DNA of 64,000 nucleotides, taken from an uncultured delta proteobacterium (GTDB taxonomy: Bacteria > Desulfobacterota > Binatia > Binatales > Binataceae). Numbering within the stretch: position 1 is the stretch's first letter; each line of letters begins with the position of its first letter. Made by a program: the position numbers and the translations under genes. A model generated the notes under the pieces. It saw only the letters and a list, made by a program, of their open reading frames with translations. It did no database searches and was not told the DNA's origin. Below, in pieces: positions 20,285 to 30,190 of this stretch. Where the stretch lies: positions 166,970 to 230,969 of the forward strand of contig CAVTEN010000021.1 in assembly GCA_963733715.1 (NCBI GenBank), written 5' to 3'.

Positions 20285-21640
20285 GTGATTGCATTTCTTG
20301 TATGCCTGCTGGGTTTTGTCTCGGTATATATCGCGGGACGACGTTCGCTGTCGGCTGGCGTAGGGCTCGCGCTTAGCTTCGGATATATGTACGGGCTGAT
20401 TCGCGCGCACTATCCTGAGCCGGCCTCGTATTTTATCTTCGATTCCAGCCTGGCCGGGTTGTACCTGGCGATTCTCACGCGCCAGCGCTCGCCACTTGAA
20501 CGGCGCAAAATGCGCCAGATCGCGCCCTGGGTATTGATAATGACTGCGTGGCCGATCGCGCTTTCGTTGCTGCCGCTCCAGGACAGTCTCATTCAATTGG
20601 TCGGACTCCGGGGTCAGGTATTTTTTCTGCCGTTTCTGCTGATTGGTGCGATGTTCGACGATCGCGAGCTTAGGAAGCTGGCGTTCTGGCTGGCCGTGCT
20701 CAACATTGTGGCCTTTGCTTTTGCGAGTGGCGAATATGTCTTCGGGATTTCCGCATTTCTTCCCCGTAACGCCGCCACCGCAGTCATCTATGTCTCCAAG
20801 GATGTGGAGACGATCGGGGGCGAGACCGCGTACCGAATCCCGGCCACATTTGTTAATCCAGCAGGTTACGGCGGAGTGATGGTCCTGAGTCTGCCGATAC
20901 TCATCGGCGCGTGGGCTCGCGTCGAGGAATATACCTGGAACCGCGTGCTATTTGCCGTCAGCATCGGGGTAGCGGTGTTGGGCGTGTTCATGTGCGCTTC
21001 TCGCAGCCAGGCCGTGATCCTGATCATGCTTGCCATCGTCGTATCGTTATCGTTCCGGGTTCGCTTGACCGCTTACCTGGCATGGGCTGCCATAGCAGCA
21101 TTGGTTGGCTGGCTGGTCGTAACATCGCCGCGCCTTCAGCGGTTTACAACGTTGCAGGACACCAGTTACGTCCAGGTGCGTATCCGGGGCAGTGTGAACG
21201 AAGGGTTCCTGGAATTAGCGGAAAACTATCCGCTGGGTAATGGACTGGGCGGCGGCGGAACCAACATTCCCTACTTTCTGCAAGACCGCCTGGTAAACTC
21301 GGTAATAATCGAGAACGAATATGCGCGCATACTGGCCGAGCTGGGTATTCCGGGTCTGGCTATCTGGATGGCATTTATTTTCTGGGTTTTCACCCGCGCA
21401 GCGCCGCGGAGATCAGATCCGTGGTTTATTGGCCGGCGCCTGGCGTACGTTGCCACCCTGATGTTCATGGCCATGGCAGTGATTGGACTGGGATTGCTGA
21501 CCTGGGTGCCCGGCACAGCGATGCTTATGTTGCTGATCGGCTGGATCGCGGTTCCAAATAAGCTGCGAGTGGCGGTCGCCGACCCGTGGGCGCCGGCTAT
21601 TATCCGCGGTGATTTCATCCGATCGCGCGCGCGAGCTTGA
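20285..21640 (+). CDS. O-antigen polymerase/ligase-family membrane protein (Wzy-like)
   Basis: Polytopic. MCASRSQAVILIML, PLGNGLGGG and IENEYARILAELGIPGLAIW parallel the Wzy_C motifs. Confidence 0.6.
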   Translation: MIAFLVCLLGFVSVYIAGRRSLSAGVGLALSFGYMYGLIRAHYPEPASYFIFDSSLAGLYLAILTRQRSPLERRKMRQIAPWVLIMTAWPIALSLLPLQDSLIQLVGLRGQVFFLPFLLIGAMFDDRELRKLAFWLAVLNIVAFAFASGEYVFGISAFLPRNAATAVIYVSKDVETIGGETAYRIPATFVNPAGYGGVMVLSLPILIGAWARVEEYTWNRVLFAVSIGVAVLGVFMCASRSQAVILIMLAIVVSLSFRVRLTAYLAWAAIAALVGWLVVTSPRLQRFTTLQDTSYVQVRIRGSVNEGFLELAENYPLGNGLGGGGTNIPYFLQDRLVNSVIIENEYARILAELGIPGLAIWMAFIFWVFTRAAPRRSDPWFIGRRLAYVATLMFMAMAVIGLGLLTWVPGTAMLMLLIGWIAVPNKLRVAVADPWAPAIIRGDFIRSRARA

Positions 21641-21641
21641 C

Positions 21642-22859
21642 GTGTCGGTTACTGCGATCAAAATCCGCCGGTCCTCACACGCGCGAACGTGGGTGCTCGT
21701 GGCTGGCGGATTCCATCGCAGCGGCGGCATGGACGCGGCCAATGCCGCTCTGGCGACGCATCTTGCGGATCGCGGCAGCAAGGTACACCTCGTATGCCAT
21801 CGGGCGGACGAGGATCTTCGGAAACATAAGATGGTCGAAGTCCATCACGTCGAGCGGCCAGCCGGATCATTTTTTCTGGGCCAATGGTTGATCAACTCAA
21901 GCGGCCGGCGAGTCGCCCGCGATGTACTGGCGCGCGACGCTTCAACGCGGATAGTGGTGAACGGTGGCAATTGCAACTGGCCCGATATCAACTGGGTCCA
22001 TTACGTGCATCGCGCGTGGCGCGAAATGGATACCAGCGGCCCGCGACTGTCGCGTGCAAAGCTGCGGCTCGACAAATCCGTCGCGCTGGTCCGCGAACAA
22101 CGCGCGCTCATTCGCGCGCAGGTAGTAATTGCCAATTCAAATCGTACCCGCCACGATTTGATCAATCTGGTGGGCATTCCCGCAGAACGCGTCCACACGG
22201 TCTATCTCGGCAGCGAACCGCATTGGCGGTCGCAGACTCCCGAGGGCAGTTTGTCGGCGCGGGAATGGCTGGGCAAGCCAGCTGACCGTCCATTGGTGGC
22301 GTTCATCGGATCTCTCGGATTCGACTCGCGAAAGGGTTTCGACACCCTGTGGGAAGCGTGGCAAAAGCTGTGCGCGCGCTCCGAATGGGATGTCGATCTG
22401 GTCGTGGCAGGCGGTGGTCGCGCGATGCCGGTGTGGCAGGCGCGCGTCGCCGAGGCGGGCTTGGGAAGTCGGGTATCGATGCTCGGGCACACGGACCGCA
22501 TTTATGACGTCCTTGCGGCGTCCGACCTGCTCGTGAGCCCGGTGCGATACGAGCCCTACGGTCTCAACGTTCAGGAGGCGCTATGCTGCGGAATCCCGGC
22601 AATGGTCAGTGCCAGCGCCGGGGTTGCCGAGCGCTACCCTGCGGATCTTCGGGACTTGCTGATTCCTGAGCCCACCGATGTTGATGGATTGGCGGCCCGG
22701 ATGCTTGGATGGCGTTCGACGATGAATAGCTGGAGGCAGCGCGTGGCGCCGCTCGCACGTCAATTGCGAGCGCGCACCTGGGAAGCGATGTCGCGCGAGA
22801 TAGTCGAGATGGTCGAAGATGCGCGGCCGGTCGTCGAGCGGGCAGCGTCGTCGGAGTGA
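21642..22859 (+). CDS. Glycosyltransferase, GT4-like
   Basis: Track ORF 21609..22859; the GTG at 21642 follows the upstream stop. VLVAGGFHRSGGMDAANAALATHLADRG; YEPYGLNVQEALCCGIPAM. Confidence 0.75.
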   Translation: MSVTAIKIRRSSHARTWVLVAGGFHRSGGMDAANAALATHLADRGSKVHLVCHRADEDLRKHKMVEVHHVERPAGSFFLGQWLINSSGRRVARDVLARDASTRIVVNGGNCNWPDINWVHYVHRAWREMDTSGPRLSRAKLRLDKSVALVREQRALIRAQVVIANSNRTRHDLINLVGIPAERVHTVYLGSEPHWRSQTPEGSLSAREWLGKPADRPLVAFIGSLGFDSRKGFDTLWEAWQKLCARSEWDVDLVVAGGGRAMPVWQARVAEAGLGSRVSMLGHTDRIYDVLAASDLLVSPVRYEPYGLNVQEALCCGIPAMVSASAGVAERYPADLRDLLIPEPTDVDGLAARMLGWRSTMNSWRQRVAPLARQLRARTWEAMSREIVEMVEDARPVVERAASSE

Positions 22860-23765
22860 AGAAGGGATCTGGATTGGCGACAGCGTTGACAAATAAGGTG
22901 CGTCCTCCGGAAATACCGGAGGGATCGGCCGACAACGCGATCGAATCGACGCCGACAATCACGATCGTGGCAGGCCGGCGATCGGCCGGGCTTGATCTGT
23001 ACGACCTGTGGCTGCATCGCGATCTTTTCTATTTCCTGATGTGGCGCGACGTTAAGGTCCGCTACAAGCAAACCTTTCTCGGCGCCTCGTGGGCGATTCT
23101 TCAGCCGCTGCTTACGATGCTACTGTTCACGGTCATCTTCGGCAGGCTGGCGAAAGTTCCGTCGGACGGAATTCCGTATCCGATTTTCGCCTACGCAGGG
23201 CTGTTGCCCTGGACGTTTTTTTCAAATGCCGTAACCATCAGCAGCAACAGCCTGGTGGGCAACGCCGCGATCATCACCAAAGTGTATTTTCCGCGGATGA
23301 TGATTCCGGCGGCTGCGGTCGGAGCAGGGCTGGTCGATTTCGCGATCGCAGGCGTGATTCTTATCGCGATGATGGCCTGGTATGGATTCGGACTGAGTCT
23401 CGCGTGCGCTGATGCTGGTGCCGCTGGTGATTCTGACGGTGATTCTGGCGCTCGCCGTCGGCACCTGGACGTCCGGCCTCAACGTGAAATACCGCGACGT
23501 TCGTTACGCGCTGCCATTCTTCATCCAAATGTGGATGTATGCCTCGCCAGTGATCTACCCGACCAATTTTGTGCCGCAGCAATGGCGGTGGCTGTTGGTG
23601 CTCAATCCTCTGACCGGGGTTATTGAAGGCTACCGGTCTGCGCTCTTCAACCGGCCATTCGAGTGGCAGCATCTAGGCGTGTCGGCTGTGATCGGCATCG
23701 CGATGCTGGTTTATGGAACCTATTCATTCAAGCAAATGGAGCGCGAGTTTGCCGACATCATTTAA
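22856..23765 (+). CDS. wzm: ABC-2 type polysaccharide export permease (Wzm-like); frame broken near 23400
   Basis: YKQTFLGASWAILQPLLTMLLFTVIFG is in ORF 22856..23626. The C-terminal TM helices (MLVPLVILTVILALAVGTW...YASPVIYP) are in ORF 23412..23765. Confidence 0.75.
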
Positions 23766-23804
23766 ACGATCGCCGGCGCATCTGTTCGTGCGTGCAATGC
23801 GACA

Positions 23805-25241
23805 GTGAATCCGATCATCAAAGTTCGTGGACTGGGTAAGCAGTACCGAATCGGTAGGCGGCGGATCAGCCGGACGTTGCGCGAAGCGGCGATGGATTCT
23901 GTCACCGCGCCGTTGCGTTACTCGCGGTCGATCCTCAGGCGAACGGCAAACGATGCGAGCAGCGGCGAAAAACGCGACACGATTTGGGCGCTGCGGGACC
24001 TGAATCTGGATGTTGGAGAGGGTGAGGTGCTCGGTGTCATCGGGCGAAACGGTGGCGGCAAGTCCACACTACTCAAGGTCATGTCGCGAATTACCGAGCC
24101 GACCACCGGACGGGTTGACCTGCACGGTCGAGTCGGAAGTTTGCTCGAGGTCGGCACTGGATTTCATCCCGAGCTGACGGGGCGCGAGAATATTTTTCTG
24201 AGTGGCGCGATTCTCGGGATGCGGCGCAATGAAATCGAGCGCAAGTTCGACGAGATCGTGGCGTTCGCCGAAATGGACCAATTTGTCGACACTCCGGTCA
24301 AACATTATTCGAGCGGAATGTACGTGCGGTTGGGGTTTGCGGTCGCGGCGCATCTCGAGACCGAGATCATCCTCATCGACGAAGTGCTGGCGGTTGGCGA
24401 CGCGTCGTTCCAGAAAAAGTGCCTGCGCAAAATAGGCGACGTCGCGCGCCAGGGCCGCACCGTCCTGTACATCAGCCACAACCTGGCGTCCGTCGAATCG
24501 CTGTGCGACTCCTGCATCTATCTGAGCGGCGGGCGGCTCGAGGAAGCGGGCAAGCCGCGCGACGTGATCGCGAAATATATGGCGTCGCAGACCCGCGCTA
24601 ACTCGGGCACGATTTCACTCGCGGATCATCCAGGTCGCAGGCCGGGATACAAGCCGCATCTTCGATCTCTGGAATTGCGCTCCGGATCCAAGACCGCAGT
24701 CGGGGCAATCCGCATGGGCGACCCGCTGACAATAATGATGAGCTTCGAGACCACCAACCCTCTTCGGCCCGTGGTCGCAGTGATAATAAAGACTATCCAG
24801 GGAACGCCGGTATGTTCCGTGAACGACAGGTTTTCGATGCAACTCCGTGACTGCAAATTGCTGTCCCGAGGGACTGTCGTCTGCGAGATAGACAAATTGA
24901 TGCTTATGCCGGGGCAATACAACATCGATGTGTCCTTCGGCGATCTTGGTCCGGATTTGGATGTCATATCCGACGCGATCTCATTCGATGTTTTGCCCGC
25001 CGACCTGCTCGGCAGCGGCAGGCTGCCGCCGTCAAGCCAGGGGCCGATGTTCTGCGCGGGCACCTGGAAGCTAGCGAAGATACAGATCGACCATAGACTG
25101 GCGCGGATAAGACCCGAAAGTCCGAAAAAATGTTGGCATCAGTTCAGCGATTGGCGCGCGCCGCATCCGGCGCCATTGGCAGAGAGTCGTGGATCATTCG
25201 GCAACTGCGGCCCGCATACGAATCCACCCTGCAAATCTTGA
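23805..25241 (+). CDS. wzt: Polysaccharide export ABC ATP-binding protein with C-terminal glycan-binding-type domain (Wzt-like)
   Basis: Walker A GRNGGGKSTLLK, signature YSSGMYVRLGFA, Walker B ILIDEVLAVGD, and a ~200-aa C-terminal extension. The 3' end overlaps the next gene by ~110 nt and is uncertain. Confidence 0.8.
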   Translation: MNPIIKVRGLGKQYRIGRRRISRTLREAAMDSVTAPLRYSRSILRRTANDASSGEKRDTIWALRDLNLDVGEGEVLGVIGRNGGGKSTLLKVMSRITEPTTGRVDLHGRVGSLLEVGTGFHPELTGRENIFLSGAILGMRRNEIERKFDEIVAFAEMDQFVDTPVKHYSSGMYVRLGFAVAAHLETEIILIDEVLAVGDASFQKKCLRKIGDVARQGRTVLYISHNLASVESLCDSCIYLSGGRLEEAGKPRDVIAKYMASQTRANSGTISLADHPGRRPGYKPHLRSLELRSGSKTAVGAIRMGDPLTIMMSFETTNPLRPVVAVIIKTIQGTPVCSVNDRFSMQLRDCKLLSRGTVVCEIDKLMLMPGQYNIDVSFGDLGPDLDVISDAISFDVLPADLLGSGRLPPSSQGPMFCAGTWKLAKIQIDHRLARIRPESPKKCWHQFSDWRAPHPAPLAESRGSFGNCGPHTNPPCKS

Positions 25242-25960
25242 GCGGCGAACGCGGGGTGCCGTGGGAAATTAACGGCGTGCCCTTCCGGATTGACCCGCGG
25301 TATCGCACCCAGTTGGCCAAGAACTACGAGGCGGACGTCGCGCAATTTTTGAGCGAAAGGATCAGGCCGGGAGCGATATGTTTCGATGTAGGCGCGAACG
25401 TCGGCGCCTACGTACTGCAGTTTGCGCACTGGACCGGTCCCACTGGAAGGGTGGTCGGATTTGAACCGAATCCGCTAGCCGTCGAAGTCCTGTCGGAGCA
25501 CGTGGAGTTCAATGGTTTCGATGCAATCGTCTCCATCGAAAAGAGTGCGGTTGGATCTTCCACCGGCACCAAGACGCTGTATCGTTCGGCTGCCGATGGG
25601 ATGAGTCGTCTGGCTGAGCAGAACAGCTTGCTCGACTCCGCCGAGCGCATCACAGTACCGGTGATCACCATCGACGACTTCTGCGCACGGACCAAACTCG
25701 AGCCCGATTGGATATTGATCGACATCGAGGGATTCGAGCTGGCAGCTCTTCGCGGTGCCGCTCGTACAATCGAAAGGCGTCGCGGGAGTTTAGGCCTGGT
25801 AGTGGAGATCCATCCTGCTCTGTGGGCTTCGGCTGGTACCGACCGCTCCGATGTGGAGCGATTTCTCACTGAGACAGGATTGCGCGCGACACCGTTGAAT
25901 GGGCAGCGCGATCCATTGGGGGAATACGGCTTGGTTCATCTTTCGTGGAGTCAGTCCTGA
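25130..25960 (+). CDS. FkbM-family methyltransferase
   Basis: CFDVGANVGAYVLQFA; LIDIEGFELAALRG. Confidence 0.75.
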   Translation: MLASVQRLARAASGAIGRESWIIRQLRPAYESTLQILSGERGVPWEINGVPFRIDPRYRTQLAKNYEADVAQFLSERIRPGAICFDVGANVGAYVLQFAHWTGPTGRVVGFEPNPLAVEVLSEHVEFNGFDAIVSIEKSAVGSSTGTKTLYRSAADGMSRLAEQNSLLDSAERITVPVITIDDFCARTKLEPDWILIDIEGFELAALRGAARTIERRRGSLGLVVEIHPALWASAGTDRSDVERFLTETGLRATPLNGQRDPLGEYGLVHLSWSQS

Positions 25961-25982
25961 GCGCACCCTGCAACCAAGCGCT

Positions 25983-27119
25983 GTGACAGCGTGGAACATT
26001 ATTACCGGAGAGTATCCACCTCAGCCCGGTGGGGTCAGCGACTATACGCGGCTGGTTGCGGAGGGACTCGCCGACGCTGGCGATGACGTTCGCATATGGG
26101 CTCCGCCAGTCTCGGGATCGGATCTCTCCTCACAGCACAATATCCGCGTAAATCGTCTCCCGGATCACTTTGGGCGGCGTGGCCTTGAGATTCTCGCGCA
26201 AGAATTGGAGCGAGATCGGACCGCGCGAGTGCTGGTCGAATACGTACCTCACGCATTCAGGATGAAAGCGATGAATGTCCCGCTGTGCCTGATGCTGCTT
26301 CGCCGGCGCTGGATTGACATTACCGTGATGTTCCACGAAGTCGCGTATCCGATAAGTCGCAAGCAATCGATTCGTCACAACGCGCTTGGTGCCGTCCACC
26401 ACGCGATGGCGGCGATACTGACGCGAGCGGCGTCCAGGATATTCGTCGCGGCTCAGGTCTGGCGCGACATCCTCGTTCGCTACGCGCCGAAGGGTCGCAA
26501 GATTGGCTGGCTGCCGGTGCCGAGTACGATCCCGGTTGTCCGCGACCGCGCGGCGACGCTCGCGGTGCGAGCACGTTTCGCGATGCCGGAATCCAAATTG
26601 TTGGGTCATTTCGGAACCTATGGACAATTGGTCGCCAGCCGACTCGAGCCCGCATTGGAAGCGGTTCTCTCGACTGACCAGAATGCACGAGTCTTACTGA
26701 TTGGGCGCAACGGTGAGCGATTTCACGACGACTTCATTCACGCGCATCAAGCGCTTGCGTCGCGGGTGTTTGCCACGGGAGCGCTCGCGGAGTCTGACGT
26801 CTCAATTCATATCGGCGCGTGCGACGTGATGCTTCAGCCGTATCCGGACGGCATTACTTCGCGCAATACCAGCGCGCTTGCGGGTCTCGCGCATGGGAAA
26901 GCGACAGCGACAACGACCGGCAAACTATCGGAAGACTTATGGCAGCGGAGCGGAGCAGTGTTTCTTGCGCCAGACCGGGACGCCGAAGCGTTGGCGCGAG
27001 GTACGATCGACCTGCTCAACGATCGGGACCGCGCAAAAGCGATGGGGTGCGAGGCGGTAAAGTTATATCGCGAGGTTTTCGACCTCGAGCATACGATCGC
27101 AGCGCTGCGAGGGGCTTGA
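25983..27119 (+). CDS. Glycosyltransferase, GT4-like
   Basis: Track ORF 25899..27119. The GTG at 25983 gives VTAWNIITGEYPPQPGGVSDYTRLVAEGL, a typical GT-B N-terminus. Confidence 0.7.
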   Translation: MTAWNIITGEYPPQPGGVSDYTRLVAEGLADAGDDVRIWAPPVSGSDLSSQHNIRVNRLPDHFGRRGLEILAQELERDRTARVLVEYVPHAFRMKAMNVPLCLMLLRRRWIDITVMFHEVAYPISRKQSIRHNALGAVHHAMAAILTRAASRIFVAAQVWRDILVRYAPKGRKIGWLPVPSTIPVVRDRAATLAVRARFAMPESKLLGHFGTYGQLVASRLEPALEAVLSTDQNARVLLIGRNGERFHDDFIHAHQALASRVFATGALAESDVSIHIGACDVMLQPYPDGITSRNTSALAGLAHGKATATTTGKLSEDLWQRSGAVFLAPDRDAEALARGTIDLLNDRDRAKAMGCEAVKLYREVFDLEHTIAALRGA

Positions 27120-28372
27120 TGCGGGTCGCGATCGCAAATTGGAATCGCAGCGTAGTAGGGGGCGCCGAGTCCTATATAAAAGGAGTGGTGACGGCGCTGG
27201 AATCGGCCGGGGTCGAGCTCGCGATGTTGAGCGAACGCGAATCTGCCATCGACCGCGAGAGAATCGAGCTTTCTGCCGGCGCGCCGACCTGGTGTATCAG
27301 CGATATCGGTGAGCAAGCGGCACTTGCGGCGATGCGCGCGTGGCGTCCCGACGTAGTATACGTTCACCTTATCGAATCGCCGGCGCTCGAAGCGCGCCTG
27401 CTCGAGGTCTCGCCCGCAGTTTTATTTGCGCATTCGTACCACGGGATGTGCATCAGCGGTGAGAAGACTTTCAAGTTTCCGGATGTGCGGCCGTGCGGGC
27501 TGCCTTTCGGCTGGAAATGCCTGCTGCACTTTTACCCGCATCGATGCGGCGGCCTTAGCCCGATCACCATGTGGCAGGATTATCTCAAGCAGAGCGAGCG
27601 GCATTCGCTACTGCCGAAGTATTCTGCAATCGCGACGGCCTCGGAATATTTGCGCCGGGAATTGATTGCCAATGGCGTTAAGCCCGATCGCGTCCACAAG
27701 ATTCCGATGATGCTGAGCGCTGCCTTCGCCGAGCCTGGTAATCAGCCGGTTGCGTCGCGTACCGATGAGACGAAACGAATTGTATTTGTCGGGCGAATAG
27801 GTCGGCTGAAGGGTGTGGGAATCTTGCTCGACTCGATGCTGGCGGTTGCCGCCGCGCTGAACTCGCAGATCAATCTGACTTTCATCGGCGACGGGCCCGG
27901 GCGAGCGGCATGGGAAGAAAATGCGCGCCGGGTGCAAGCCCGAGACGCGCGAATCAGCATCCAGATGGCCGGATGGAAGAAACCCGAAGAAGTCCGCGCG
28001 GCGCTGGCCGAGGCCGATCTGCTGGTTGTTCCAAGCGTGTGGCCGGAGACTTTCGGGCTGGTCGGACCAGAGGCGGGTAGATTAGGCATTCCAGCCGCGG
28101 CGTTTGATGTTGGCGGTATCTCGGAATGGCTGGTCGACGGCGTCAATGGTGCACTTGCTCCGGGAAATCCACCGACCGCCCAAGGACTCGCCGACGCGAT
28201 CGTGCGATGCCTGCGCGACCCGGCGGTCTACAAACGTCTGCGCGCCGGCGCGCTGGAAATTTCACAAAGATTCGACACCAGGCTGCACGTCCAATCGCTC
28301 ATCGCGATATTTCGGCGAGTTGCGGGACCTGAATTGCGACGGGAATCGGAGTCGCTGGAGGCAGTGAATTGA
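27119..28372 (+). CDS. Glycosyltransferase, GT4-like
   Basis: Track ORF 26819..28372. The ATG at 27119 overlaps the upstream TGA and gives MRVAIANWNRSVVGGAESY. PETFGLVGPEAGRLGIPAA. Confidence 0.75.
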   Translation: MRVAIANWNRSVVGGAESYIKGVVTALESAGVELAMLSERESAIDRERIELSAGAPTWCISDIGEQAALAAMRAWRPDVVYVHLIESPALEARLLEVSPAVLFAHSYHGMCISGEKTFKFPDVRPCGLPFGWKCLLHFYPHRCGGLSPITMWQDYLKQSERHSLLPKYSAIATASEYLRRELIANGVKPDRVHKIPMMLSAAFAEPGNQPVASRTDETKRIVFVGRIGRLKGVGILLDSMLAVAAALNSQINLTFIGDGPGRAAWEENARRVQARDARISIQMAGWKKPEEVRAALAEADLLVVPSVWPETFGLVGPEAGRLGIPAAAFDVGGISEWLVDGVNGALAPGNPPTAQGLADAIVRCLRDPAVYKRLRAGALEISQRFDTRLHVQSLIAIFRRVAGPELRRESESLEAVN

Positions 28373-28400
28373 TTCGCGGCCTCGAGGGCATACCTCCTCG

Positions 28401-29328
28401 TTGAAAAGGGTGACGGCAGTGCCGCTCGTTTCCGTAGTAATACCCGTTTACAACGCCGAACGGACGCTCAAGGCAAGCGTCGACAGCGTGCTCGCGCAGG
28501 ATTTCCGCGATTTTGAAATAATCGTCGTGAACGATGGCTCGTCAGACTCTACCAAAGCGATACTCGCGGCCTACGATTCTCAAATTCAAGTGATCGATCA
28601 GAACAATCGCGGCGCCCCGGCTGCTCGCAACGCGGGAGTCAGTGCTGCGAGTGGAAAATATATTGCGTTTCTCGATTCCGATGATCTGTGGCGTCTGGAC
28701 AAGTTGACACAGAGTGTGCGTGCCCTAGAGCTGAACCCCTCTGCGTCGCTGGTGTTTTCGGACTGTTGCGGACTACGCGCGGATGGCACCACTTCGACAT
28801 TTTATTCCTACCACGGCGCACCCTCACTGAAAGAGATGCTCGATAACGGATTTGAAATCGTCCCCAGCGCCGTGACGATGAGGCGTGACGTCTTCCAGGC
28901 CTGCGGAGGATTCAGCGAGAGCTTTGCCCCTATCTACTTCGAGGATCTTATGGCTGTGGTTCCTTGCTCGCGAGTTGGGCGAGTTCGAATATATTCCGAA
29001 AGAACTGACGACTATCAGGCTTCGCGACAAACGCCTTAGCCCCCGCTACTTCGTTAACGGACGCACTTATATCGGGTTCCTGCGACAGCGCTACGGGCGC
29101 CGCGCTCGGGGCGCGATTCGGCAAGCTTACAAACATCTGGCGGGAGTATCGGTCTACGAAGCTTTGCGCAGAATGGACGCCGGTGACAGATGGGGTGCTT
29201 TGGCCTGGTGGATATTCGCAATCCGGTTAAGGCCGGCATTGATAGCGGAACTGGGCGGCCGAGTGTTCCGCCCGCGCAATCTCCGACGACTCGTCAGCAC
29301 GGTCAGTCCACCGTCGAAGGTTTCCTAG
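28401..29328 (+). CDS. Glycosyltransferase family 2; frame broken near 28950
   Basis: VSVVIPVYNAERTL, IVVNDGSSD and AFLDSDD (DxD). The C-terminal part continues in ORF 28885..29328 (WLWFLARELGEFEYIPKEL). Confidence 0.75.
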
Positions 29329-29350
29329 CCAACAGACTCGTTTTCCGTTC

Positions 29351-30175
29351 GTGCCCGAAATAAAAGAAATCGCCAGGAGATCGATTCCGCAGCCGCTGTG
29401 GACGATGCTTCGTCTCGCCCGGGTCTGGTCAAGCGTTCATTTCTATCGCGAACGAAAAGTGACGCACGTCTATGGCGGAATTCCGTTGTCTGTCTGGCTC
29501 ACAGATCCGCTCGCGCAAGGATGGTATGACGCGGACTGGCCGGAACCTCCGGAGATCAAATTGCTCAAGACCGGGCGCCTCCAGCCTGGTGCGCGCGTGT
29601 TCGATCTCGGAGCGCATCAGTGTGTCGTTGCGATGATGCTGTCGCGGATCGTCGGGTTCGAAGGACAGGTCGTCGCGCTCGAAGCCAATCCGCACAACGC
29701 GGAAATCGGCGAACGCAATCGCGCGCTCAACGATATTGCGCAGCTCAAGGTCCTGCATGGTGCGGCGGCGAAAGATCCCGGAACTATAGACTTCGGCAAG
29801 GGACTGAACGGCGCCGTCGCGGGGGGCGAGCGGGACTGGGGACTACAACGAGTGCGCGCATACTCGGTCGATGAGTTGGCGCGGGAATTCGGCCGGCCCG
29901 ATGTGCTGTTCATCGACGTCGAGGGGTTCGAGTGCGAAGTTTTGAAAGGCGCTCGCGAGACCCTGCGCGAACGGCCTGACGTATTCATCGAGGTTCACAG
30001 CGGATGCGGACTTGAGCGATTCGGCGGTTCGCGCGAAGAAATCCTGAATACGTTTCCAGCCGAACACTACATGCTGTTTTCTGCCGACCCTGGCTCCGCG
30101 GGATTCTTGCCGGTCAAGAACGCAAACACGCTACCTGAAAAAAGATTTTTCCTCGTCGCTTTGAAGCGAAAATAA
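29351..30175 (+). CDS. FkbM-family methyltransferase
   Basis: VFDLGAHQCVVAMML; FIDVEGFECEVLKG. Confidence 0.7.
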   Translation: MPEIKEIARRSIPQPLWTMLRLARVWSSVHFYRERKVTHVYGGIPLSVWLTDPLAQGWYDADWPEPPEIKLLKTGRLQPGARVFDLGAHQCVVAMMLSRIVGFEGQVVALEANPHNAEIGERNRALNDIAQLKVLHGAAAKDPGTIDFGKGLNGAVAGGERDWGLQRVRAYSVDELAREFGRPDVLFIDVEGFECEVLKGARETLRERPDVFIEVHSGCGLERFGGSREEILNTFPAEHYMLFSADPGSAGFLPVKNANTLPEKRFFLVALKRK

Positions 30176-30190
30176 AGGACGTACGATCAA

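Noticed and set aside
25130-25241. 112-nt overlap between the wzt 3' end and the following FkbM gene
   Set aside because: The cause may be a missed stop from another indel, or a wrong FkbM start. I cannot resolve it from the sequence alone, and it is not treated as biologically meaningful.
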